From contig JAVVVI010000001.1 in NCBI GenBank assembly GCA_036652735.1, forward strand, positions 96,998 to 128,997: 32,000 nucleotides of DNA. The letters run 5' to 3'. Both the position numbers and the translations under genes were made by a program. The stretch's first letter is position 1, and each line of letters starts with the position of its first letter. Below, piece by piece: positions 1 to 9,180 of the stretch. Under the pieces are notes generated by a model. The model worked only from the letters and a program-made list of their open reading frames with translations, had not been told where the DNA came from and ran no database searches. Origin of the DNA: Lachnospiraceae bacterium. GTDB lineage: Bacteria; Bacillota; Clostridia; Lachnospirales; Lachnospiraceae.

Positions 1-156
1 TAATACCGCTAAATCAACCTTGGTTTTTTTCAGCATTAACAGGGCATCTACACCATTGGAAGCTGTAACTACCTGGAACCCCTCGTTTTTCATATAGAGC
101 TTAAGCAATTCTACTATATCCTCATCATCTTCAGCAACTAAAATTTTATATGTCAA
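1..156 (-). CDS. Response regulator, N-terminal receiver (REC) domain; the gene runs off the left edge
   Basis: Absent from the ORF track because it is truncated. Reverse-strand translation from TTG (156-154) gives (M)TYKILVAEDDEDIVELLKLYMKNEGFQVVTASNGVDALLMLKKTKVDLAVL, a CheY-like acidic-pocket start. GGAGGG (168-163) lies 6 nt upstream of the TTG. Confidence 0.6.
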   Translation of the reverse strand, partial: MTYKILVAEDDEDIVELLKLYMKNEGFQVVTASNGVDALLMLKKTKVDLAVL

Positions 157-201
157 AAGTTACCCTCCTTACTTGCTCTAGTTCCTTCGCTTCCACAAAT
201 T

Positions 202-1416
202 CTAGATTTTTTGAATCCGTTCAATCGCCTGTGCAGTGGCTTGGTATGTTCCAAAACCTGTCAATCGGAAATAGCCTTCCCCGCTTGGTCCAAAACCGGA
301 ACCCGGTGTTCCTACCACATTTGCCTCTTCCAATAAATAGTCAAAAAATTCCCATGAGGTCATGCCCTTTGGTGTCTTCATCCACACATAAGGTGCATTC
401 ACGCCACCAAATGCGGTATACCCTGCCTCTTTTAATCCCGTATAGATTTTATGGGCGTTCTTCATATAGCTTGCAACCTGGGCATCCAGTTGTTCCTTTC
501 CTTCCGGTGAAAAAACCGCTTCTCCTGCACGCTGGGTAATATAAGGAGCTCCATTGAATTTTGTACCATGTCTTCTTGCCCATAGGCTGTGTAATGGAAC
601 ACTCTCCCGAATCAAGGTCTTTGGAACCACGGTATATCCTAGTCTTACCCCGGTAAATCCCGCCCTTTTGGAAAAACTGTTTAATTCTATGGCACAGGTC
701 TCTGCCCCCTGACATTCATAGATGGAATGCGGTATCATTTCCTCTGAAATATAACTCTCATAAGCTGCATCATATAAAATGACCGCCCCCACTTCATTGG
801 CATAATCTACCCAAACCTGGAGCTGGTCCTTTGTAAGGGTGGTTCCCGTTGGATTGTTTGGCATACAAAGATAGATCAGATCCGGTGTTTCTTTCGGTAA
901 TTCCGGTACAAATCCGTTCTCCATAATACAAGGCATATAAATCACATCACTCCACATACCCGTTTGTTCATTAAAGGTGCCACATCTTCCCGCCATAACA
1001 TTTGAGTCTAAATATACGGGATAGACCGGATCACACAGTGCGATTTTTACATCTTTGGCAAAAATCTCCTGTATATTTCCGGCATCGCATTTTGCACCAT
1101 CTGATATAAAGATTTCCTCCGCCGCAATCTTGCAGCCCCTGGCTTTATAATGATGTTCTACAATTGCATTTCTTAAAAATTCATATCCAAGATCCGGTCC
1201 ATATCCGTGAAAACTGTCCGCTATTCCCATTTCATCCACGGCCCCATGCATTGCTTTTAAAATTGCAGGAGCTAATGGCTGCGTCACATCCCCAATTCCC
1301 AGTCGAATGATTTCTTTTTCCGGGTGCGTCTCTGAATACTGGTTGATTTTTTTCGCAATTGTGCTAAATAGATAACTTCCCGGTAACTTTAAGTAACTAT
1401 CATTTATATGAATCAT
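202..1416 (-). CDS. dapL: LL-diaminopimelate aminotransferase (DapL-type, PLP-dependent)
   Basis: The start MIHINDSYLKLPGSYLFSTIAKKI, plus NNPTG and the PLP-lysine motif SFSKRAGFTGVRLGY, are typical of DapL. I moved the start from 1473 to the ATG at 1416, which is preceded by AAGAGGAAAAG. The gene lies immediately downstream of dapF. Confidence 0.85.
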   Translation of the reverse strand: MIHINDSYLKLPGSYLFSTIAKKINQYSETHPEKEIIRLGIGDVTQPLAPAILKAMHGAVDEMGIADSFHGYGPDLGYEFLRNAIVEHHYKARGCKIAAEEIFISDGAKCDAGNIQEIFAKDVKIALCDPVYPVYLDSNVMAGRCGTFNEQTGMWSDVIYMPCIMENGFVPELPKETPDLIYLCMPNNPTGTTLTKDQLQVWVDYANEVGAVILYDAAYESYISEEMIPHSIYECQGAETCAIELNSFSKRAGFTGVRLGYTVVPKTLIRESVPLHSLWARRHGTKFNGAPYITQRAGEAVFSPEGKEQLDAQVASYMKNAHKIYTGLKEAGYTAFGGVNAPYVWMKTPKGMTSWEFFDYLLEEANVVGTPGSGFGPSGEGYFRLTGFGTYQATAQAIERIQKI

Positions 1417-1441
1417 ATCTTTTCCTCTTTTCCACTTTTCC

Positions 1442-2293
1442 TTATTTGATACCATCTGGAAGCTGAATCTCACCCTGATAAACCTGTGTTGCAGTTCCGG
1501 TCATATAGACACAAGCTTTTTGTTGGTCCCATTCAATCTCCAGGCTGCCGCCATTTAATTCTACTGTAACTTTGTTTTCTGTAAGTCCATTACGAATTGC
1601 CGCAACTGCTACAGCACAGGCACCTGTTCCACATGCCATTGTCTCACCGCTGCCTCTTTCCCATACCCGCATACGAAGTGTAGCCGCGTCAATTCGATTC
1701 ACAATCTCTGTATTGATTCGATTTGGAAAACGGGGATGATGTTCAAACAATGGTCCAACCACTTCCAGGGGAACCTTTTTTATATCCTCTTCCATAAAAA
1801 CAACGCAATGAGGATTGCCCATGGATACACACGTTACCAGAATCTCATTCCCATCTACCAGAAGATTCTGCTTTACCACTTCTTCTGTATCTGAGAGAAC
1901 CGGAATCTCCTTCGCCGTAAAATTCGGAGTTCCCATATTAACGCGAACCGCCTGAACCTTCCCATTTTCTATCTTAAGAGATAACTCCTTAATTCCACCA
2001 AGTGTCTCTATTGTGAGTTCCTTTTTCTTCGTCATTCCCGCGTCGTATACATATTTTCCAACACAACGGATTCCATTACCACACATTTCACCTCTGGACC
2101 CGTCTGCATTATACATTTCCATTTCAAAATCAGCTATTTTCGATGGTTGAATCAAAATCAGGCCATCTGAACCAATCCCCTTGTGACGGTCGCTGACAAA
2201 CTTTGCAACCTCACCCGGATTCTCTACTGTCTCCGTAAAACAATTTACATATACATAATCATTCCCGATGCCGTGCATTTTTGTAAACTTCAT
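1442..2293 (-). CDS. dapF: Diaminopimelate epimerase
   Basis: MKFTKMHGIGNDYVYV start. Both catalytic Cys motifs are present (CGNGIRC and ACGTGAC). Length is 283 aa. GGAGGG SD upstream. Confidence 0.9.
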   Translation of the reverse strand: MKFTKMHGIGNDYVYVNCFTETVENPGEVAKFVSDRHKGIGSDGLILIQPSKIADFEMEMYNADGSRGEMCGNGIRCVGKYVYDAGMTKKKELTIETLGGIKELSLKIENGKVQAVRVNMGTPNFTAKEIPVLSDTEEVVKQNLLVDGNEILVTCVSMGNPHCVVFMEEDIKKVPLEVVGPLFEHHPRFPNRINTEIVNRIDAATLRMRVWERGSGETMACGTGACAVAVAAIRNGLTENKVTVELNGGSLEIEWDQQKACVYMTGTATQVYQGEIQLPDGIK

Positions 2294-2319
2294 AATTGCC
2301 CTCCTTGTCCTTCCCTCTA

Positions 2320-2348
2320 ATTATATAAATTATTGAATGGTTTAGCAA
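2320..2348 (-). promoter_or_regulatory. Candidate sigma-A promoter for dapF-dapL
   Basis: On the minus strand: TTGCTA (2348-2343), a 17-nt spacer, then TATAAT (2325-2320). This sits about 25 nt upstream of the dapF start, leaving no room for an L-box leader. Confidence 0.45.
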
Positions 2349-2412
2349 GTCCTTTGATCCCAGATTGCAAATATATTTTCTATTTTTTTTGTGATTAATT
2401 GTGTTTTTCTAT

Positions 2413-3940
<1,528 letters not shown>

Positions 3941-3953
3941 CTGCTTTTTCCTT

Positions 3954-3992
3954 AAAAAAGGCTCGATTCACATGGAATCGAGTCTTTTCTTC
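3954..3992. terminator. Bidirectional intrinsic terminator between convergent guaB and the S9 peptidase gene
   Basis: Stem CTCGATTC (3962-3969) pairs with GAATCGAG (3975-3982) around a 5-nt loop. It is flanked by AAAAAAG upstream and TCTTTTCTT downstream. Confidence 0.6.
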
Positions 3993-3999
3993 TGTCCTG

Positions 4000-6003
4000 T
4001 TATCTTTTAAGGAACTTATCCATCCAATTTCCAATCTCTGTCAATCTCTTTACTCTGTGCCTTGGTTTACCGGAGCGTGAAAGTTCATGATTCTCGCCCT
4101 TAAAATAACACATACGGACTAAGTTTCCCTGATCTGCCAAAGCAGTATAGAACTGCATTCCCTGTTCCATTGGACAACGATAATCTTCATTGGAGTGAAT
4201 AAATAAAAGTGGAGTGGTAACGTTTTGGGCATATTTCAATGGGGAATGTTCCCACATCTTTTCCATATTCTCATAAATATCTCCACCGGTTTGATCCGCT
4301 GCGAACAAAGGACCTATGTCCGACACTCCTGAGAACGAAATCCAATTGGAAATACTTCTCTGCGTAGCTGCTGCCGCAAATCGTTCCGTATGTCCTACGA
4401 TCCAGTTGGTCATAAACCCACCGTAAGAACCCCCTGTTACCCCTACACGTTTTTTATCAATTTGAGGATAGCGTTCCAACACAGCATCCGTAAAGTCCAT
4501 AATATTGTCATAATCAATGGTGCCATATTTTCCTCTAATATCTCCAAACTCATTGCCTCTGCCATCGGATCCCGTTGGATTGCAAAAGAATACAAAATAT
4601 CCCTGGTTTGCCCATACCTGCATCTCGTGGTAGAACACTTCTCCATACACCGTCTTTGGTCCTCCATGAATGTCAAGAATCGCCGGATAGGTATGATCTT
4701 CCTTATAGTCCATCGGTTTTAAAATCCAACCATCGATGTCCGTTCCCTGGGATACGATGTTGATTTTCTCAGGAACTGCCACGTATTTCTCCTTTAATGC
4801 ATCTTCATTAAGATGGGTAAGCTGTGTTACAGTTCCGGCTGCATCTACCTTATAGAGTTCCTGAAGCTTCTGCTGCAACATTCCAACAAAGAGAATCTCT
4901 TCATTTTCCTTTGATATTGCAAGACAATCAATGCTTCCCTCTTCTGTGAGAACCGGTGCTGCCACTCCTGCCTTGTCCAAAGAATAGATATGGGAAGAAT
5001 TTCTTCGTGTTGTAATAAAGTAAAGGTTCCTGCATCCTTCGTCCATGGCAGTTCCTCCACCCATACGGCAGTCGCTTCCAACGGAAGAGCCAACTGCTTC
5101 TTCATATGCAAGAAAAAGAGTGATTTCCCCTGTTTCGATATCCACTTTGTAGAATTTAGGATTCTCATTTAACCCAAATACACCTTGGGTACTGGCAAGC
5201 ATATAAAGTTCACCATCAAAGCTTTGCAATGCTTCTATGCTATATTCTCCATTTTCGTATAAACATTTTGTTGTATCTTCTTTAAAATCATACTCATATA
5301 ATTCCGGATGCCTTGGCATCTTGCACTGATAACAACTTCCTGTATAATATACCTTATCTCCAATGATCGCATAACGCTCTCTGTCAAAAAGTGGTTCTGT
5401 AATTCTCTTTGCTTCCAACGTCTGAACATCTACAATAAAAAGTGCATTTCTTTTCTTATTCTTAAATCCACCGCCATTAAACCAAAATGGGGTCTCATCC
5501 AGTACTTCGTAATCATTTTCTTCTTCGTAAACTTTCTGTACGTCCTTCTTTTCGCAATCTGTCATTTTGTAATAATCCGGATAGTTTGCATCAATGGTTG
5601 CAGATGCGAGATACTTGCTTCCCTGAATCTTCTCAAGATGCTCTATGGCAAAAGGAAAGGTGAATGCAGGTGTTGCTTCACCTCCATGAATATCAATACG
5701 GTAATAGGCCGTAAACTGTTCCTTCTCTTTTTCTCTCTTTTTCTCTTTTTCCGAGCGGATGGCCGCAAATAGAATGTGGGTATCATCTTCCCAGAAAAAT
5801 CCCCGTTCTTTTCCAAGTGCGGTAAGCTGTCTGGTTTGCCCATTTTCATAAACCCAGATATTTCCTTCATAACTGTTCTCTTCTTCATTGGAATACGTCA
5901 CAATATAAGCTGCTGCCTTACCATTTGGTGCATAGGCTACATCGGATACATATTTGTAATTTAAAAAATCTTTTAATTCTAATTTTTCCATAAAGTCCAC
6001 CAT
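4000..6003 (-). CDS. S9 family serine peptidase (prolyl oligopeptidase / acylaminoacyl-peptidase-like)
   Basis: 667 aa, with an N-terminal propeller-like region and a C-terminal alpha/beta hydrolase domain. The nucleophile elbow is GGSYGG and a C-terminal GENHELS supplies a His. The start is 6003 or possibly 5991. Only 8 nt separate it from the hemW stop. Confidence 0.85.
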   Translation of the reverse strand: MVDFMEKLELKDFLNYKYVSDVAYAPNGKAAAYIVTYSNEEENSYEGNIWVYENGQTRQLTALGKERGFFWEDDTHILFAAIRSEKEKKREKEKEQFTAYYRIDIHGGEATPAFTFPFAIEHLEKIQGSKYLASATIDANYPDYYKMTDCEKKDVQKVYEEENDYEVLDETPFWFNGGGFKNKKRNALFIVDVQTLEAKRITEPLFDRERYAIIGDKVYYTGSCYQCKMPRHPELYEYDFKEDTTKCLYENGEYSIEALQSFDGELYMLASTQGVFGLNENPKFYKVDIETGEITLFLAYEEAVGSSVGSDCRMGGGTAMDEGCRNLYFITTRRNSSHIYSLDKAGVAAPVLTEEGSIDCLAISKENEEILFVGMLQQKLQELYKVDAAGTVTQLTHLNEDALKEKYVAVPEKINIVSQGTDIDGWILKPMDYKEDHTYPAILDIHGGPKTVYGEVFYHEMQVWANQGYFVFFCNPTGSDGRGNEFGDIRGKYGTIDYDNIMDFTDAVLERYPQIDKKRVGVTGGSYGGFMTNWIVGHTERFAAAATQRSISNWISFSGVSDIGPLFAADQTGGDIYENMEKMWEHSPLKYAQNVTTPLLFIHSNEDYRCPMEQGMQFYTALADQGNLVRMCYFKGENHELSRSGKPRHRVKRLTEIGNWMDKFLKR

Positions 6004-6011
6004 TTTCCTTC

Positions 6012-7169
6012 CTACTCAATTAAGAACTGTGCCAACACATAATTGCTAATATCTCTTCCATATTCTGTGAAGCAGATTCCTTCTTCTGATACCTGTAACA
6101 GGTTATTTTTCTGTAACTGCTCCACCACTTTTCCATATCTGTCTTCTATACTTTCTGAAAACTCCTTGAAAAAATCTTCTTTTTTTATTCCCTGTGTCAT
6201 ACGAAGCCCAAGGAAAAAAAATTCCTCCATTTGTGATTCCTTTGATAATTCTTCTATTTTTGTGATTGTCTCACCGGTTAAATAAGACTTCATATCCTCT
6301 GTATTTTTCCATCTTCTATTGCAAAATAAAGATGCTGCCCCAAGGCCAAAACCAAGATAATTCTCTCTTCTCCAATATCCTATATTATGTCTGCATTCAT
6401 ATCCCTGCTTTGCATAATTTGAAATCTCATAGCGTCGGTAGCCCTGCTTGTTTAGTTTCTCTTCTGTCTGCTCATACATCAGTCTCTCCGTATCCTCATC
6501 CGGAAGTCTCTTTGGTGTTCCTCCCCGGCTTCGAATCCGATCATCCTCCCGATACTTTTCGTAAAAGGGCGTATGTTCTTCAATAATAAGACTGTATGCG
6601 GATATATGCTCCGGCTGCAGCTCCAGGACACATTCAAGTGTCTCACAATAACTAGAAAGAGTCTGACCCGGAAGTGCTGACATTAAATCAACATTAATAT
6701 TTGAGAATCCGGCTGCTCTTGCTTGTTTATAAGAGATCAAAAATTCTTCATAGGTGTGAATCCGTCCCAATTCTTTTAATTCCCTGTTTTTTGCCGATTG
6801 AAGTCCAAAACTGATACGGTTTATTCCAATCTTCCTATATTGTTCCAGGGCTTCCGGTGTAGTTGTCCCCGGATTGCATTCAATGGAGATCTCTGCCTCC
6901 GGCAGAATGGAAAAATTATTTGCCACTGCCCGGACAATGTCCTGTATCCATTCCGGTTTTAAAATAGATGGCGTTCCCCCTCCCATAAAAATTGTGGTCA
7001 CATTGGAAATCTGCTGCCGGTATGGATGATTTTCAATCTCCTGAATCAAGGCCTGTACATACTGTTCCTGAAGAGGTAGGCCTGCTGTTTGAGAAAGAAA
7101 ATCACAATATTCACATTTTCTTTTACAAAATGGAATATGAATATACAACTGTGTGGTTACCTGCTTCAT
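6012..7169 (-). CDS. hemW: Radical SAM protein HemW (HemN-like, heme chaperone / coproporphyrinogen oxidase family)
   Basis: CKRKCEYCDF is a CxxxCxxC radical-SAM cluster motif near the N-terminus. Length is 385 aa. It occupies the classical position directly after lepA. Its ATG overlaps the lepA TAA by 1 nt (TAATG). Confidence 0.85.
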   Translation of the reverse strand: MKQVTTQLYIHIPFCKRKCEYCDFLSQTAGLPLQEQYVQALIQEIENHPYRQQISNVTTIFMGGGTPSILKPEWIQDIVRAVANNFSILPEAEISIECNPGTTTPEALEQYRKIGINRISFGLQSAKNRELKELGRIHTYEEFLISYKQARAAGFSNINVDLMSALPGQTLSSYCETLECVLELQPEHISAYSLIIEEHTPFYEKYREDDRIRSRGGTPKRLPDEDTERLMYEQTEEKLNKQGYRRYEISNYAKQGYECRHNIGYWRRENYLGFGLGAASLFCNRRWKNTEDMKSYLTGETITKIEELSKESQMEEFFFLGLRMTQGIKKEDFFKEFSESIEDRYGKVVEQLQKNNLLQVSEEGICFTEYGRDISNYVLAQFLIE

Positions 7170-8980
7170 TATTCATCATCCAGCTTCAATACGCTCATAA
7201 AGGCTTTCTGTGGAATCTCTACATTACCAATTTGGCGCATCCGCTTCTTTCCTTCTTTCTGTTTTTCCAATAACTTGTGTTTTCTGGAAATATCCCCTCC
7301 ATAACATTTTGCCAGTACATCCTTACGCATGGCCTTTATTGTCTCACGGGCGATGATTTTCCCACCAATTGCTGCCTGAATGGGGATCTCAAATAAATGC
7401 CGTGGAATCTCATCTTTTAATTTTTCACACATCCGTCTGCCTCTCTCATATGCAGTTGCTTCATGTACAATAAAAGAGAGTGCATCCACTTCTTCATGAT
7501 TTACCAGAATATCAAGTTTTACCAGTTCCGAGCGCTCATATCCCTTCAGTTCATAATCAAACGAAGCATATCCTTTTGATCTGGATTTCAGTGCATCAAA
7601 AAAATCATATATAATCTCATTTAAAGGCAATTCATATTTAATCACTGCCCTGGTAGCTTCTATATATTCCATGGAAAGATATACTCCTCGTCTTTCCTGG
7701 CATAAATCCATAATCGATCCAATAAATTCACTGGTCACCATGATTTCAGCACTTACAATCGGTTCTTCCATATAATCAATCTCCGCAGGATTGGGAAGAT
7801 TGGAAGGATTTGTCAGTTCAATCATATCCCCATTTAACTTATATACCTTGTAGATTACCCCGGGTGCGGTTGTTACCAAATCCAAATTATATTCCCGTTC
7901 CAATCGTTCCTGAATCACTTCAAGATGAAGCAGACCCAAGAATCCACAACGGTAACCAAAGCCCAATGCCAGGGACGTCTCCGGTTCAAATTGCAAGGAG
8001 GCATCATTTAACTGTAATCTATCCAATGCATCTCTCAAATCGGGATACTTTGCGCTGTCTGCCGGATACATACCGCAATAAACCATTGGGTTAACCTTTT
8101 TATAACCCGGCAATGGTTTTTCACAGGGATTGCTGTTATCCGTTAGGGTGTCACCTACACTGGTGTCCTTCACATTTTTCAGACTTGCGGTAACATAGCC
8201 CACCATTCCGGCGCTTAATTCCTGGCAGGGAAGAAATCTTCCTGCCCCAAAATAACCCACTTCCACTACATCGGCAACTGCGCCGGTAGCCATCATGCGC
8301 ATCTTTGTTCCAATCTTGATTGTACCTTCCATAATACGGACAAATACAATTACCCCCTTATACGAATCGTAAAGAGAGTCAAACACCAATGCAGACAAAG
8401 GTGCTGCTGGGTCTCCCTTTGGTGGTGGTATTTTAACGATAATCTGTTCCAGAACCTCTTCTATATTCAGCCCAGTCTTTGCTGAGATCTTTGGTGCATC
8501 CTGTGCTTCAATCCCAATAATATCTTCAATCTCTTCGATCACTCGTTCCGGATCTGCACTGGGCAAATCAATTTTATTAATTACCGGCATAACATCCAGG
8601 TTGTGATCCATTGCCAGATACACGTTCGCCAATGTCTGTGCTTCCACACCCTGTGCCGCATCTACCACCAGAATTGCACCATCACAAGCTGCAAGACTTC
8701 TGGATACTTCATAATTAAAATCCACATGTCCGGGAGTATCAATTAGATTCAAAATATACTCCTCTCCATTTTTCGCCTTATAAACGGTACGGACCGCCTG
8801 GGATTTAATGGTAATTCCTCTCTCTCGTTCCAAATCCATGTTATCCAGTATCTGCGCCTGCATCTCCCTGCTGGTTAAAAGACCGGTCCGTTCAATAATA
8901 CGGTCCGCTAAAGTAGACTTGCCATGGTCAATGTGCGCTATAATACAAAAATTCCTAATTTTACTCTGGTCTGTTGTCAT
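7169..8980 (-). CDS. lepA: Translation elongation factor 4 (LepA)
   Basis: GTPase motifs [18 protein letters not shown] and NKID are present. I moved the start from 8998 to the ATG at 8980 ([11 protein letters not shown]), preceded by GGAGGAATATT. Confidence 0.95.
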   Translation of the reverse strand: MTTDQSKIRNFCIIAHIDHGKSTLADRIIERTGLLTSREMQAQILDNMDLERERGITIKSQAVRTVYKAKNGEEYILNLIDTPGHVDFNYEVSRSLAACDGAILVVDAAQGVEAQTLANVYLAMDHNLDVMPVINKIDLPSADPERVIEEIEDIIGIEAQDAPKISAKTGLNIEEVLEQIIVKIPPPKGDPAAPLSALVFDSLYDSYKGVIVFVRIMEGTIKIGTKMRMMATGAVADVVEVGYFGAGRFLPCQELSAGMVGYVTASLKNVKDTSVGDTLTDNSNPCEKPLPGYKKVNPMVYCGMYPADSAKYPDLRDALDRLQLNDASLQFEPETSLALGFGYRCGFLGLLHLEVIQERLEREYNLDLVTTAPGVIYKVYKLNGDMIELTNPSNLPNPAEIDYMEEPIVSAEIMVTSEFIGSIMDLCQERRGVYLSMEYIEATRAVIKYELPLNEIIYDFFDALKSRSKGYASFDYELKGYERSELVKLDILVNHEEVDALSFIVHEATAYERGRRMCEKLKDEIPRHLFEIPIQAAIGGKIIARETIKAMRKDVLAKCYGGDISRKHKLLEKQKEGKKRMRQIGNVEIPQKAFMSVLKLDDE

Positions 8981-9012
8981 AATATTCCTCCAAATCACTT
9001 CGATACAAAAGA

Positions 9013-9041
9013 ATTATACCACGCTTGCTCCATCAATTCCA
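9013..9041 (-). promoter_or_regulatory. Candidate extended -10 promoter for lepA
   Basis: On the minus strand: TGgTATAAT (9021-9013), with a weak -35 TGGAAT (9041-9036) at 17-nt spacing. Confidence 0.35.
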
Positions 9042-9091
9042 TACATACTTTTTGAGAGCTTTCTTTCTTTTATTAAATGATTCTTCTACAT

Positions 9092-9106
9092 TGTGATTTT
9101 GTCACA
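9092..9106. promoter_or_regulatory. Inverted repeat TGTGA-N5-TCACA upstream of the reductase fusion gene (candidate operator)
   Basis: TGTGA (9092-9096), ttttg, TCACA (9102-9106), 75 nt upstream of the ATG at 9181. No regulator has been assigned. Confidence 0.25.
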
Positions 9107-9180
9107 GAACTCTTTTCCGGAATTGGCTATACTAGGAACAGATCATAAATGATATAAGTTTAACAAAGAGAGGGAAAGAA

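Noticed and set aside
150-539. A 129-aa + strand ORF at the left end
   Set aside because: It is antisense to dapL and to the truncated response-regulator start. It is Ser/Pro/Leu-rich with no motifs.
1417-1473. N-terminal extensions in the ORF track: dapL to 1473, guaB from 2432, lepA to 8998, aroC to 15072, aroA to 16309, aroF to 19270, rpsT to 19819, and the GerM-like gene to 25056
   Set aside because: In each case an internal start with a well-spaced GGAGG-type SD gives the canonical protein N-terminus. The extensions overlap upstream genes or intergenic signals.
5308-5772. A 154-aa ORF on the + strand inside the S9 peptidase gene, plus the other short ORFs in 4390-5964
   Set aside because: These are antisense or alternative-frame ORFs within a continuous 667-aa peptidase ORF that has clear catalytic motifs. 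Nothing supports them independently.
9091-9108. Calling the TGTGA/TCACA palindrome a canonical Rex or CRP/FNR box
   Set aside because: The half-site spacing is 5 nt, where those consensus sites have 6 nt between TGTGA and TCACA. I kept it only as an unassigned candidate operator.
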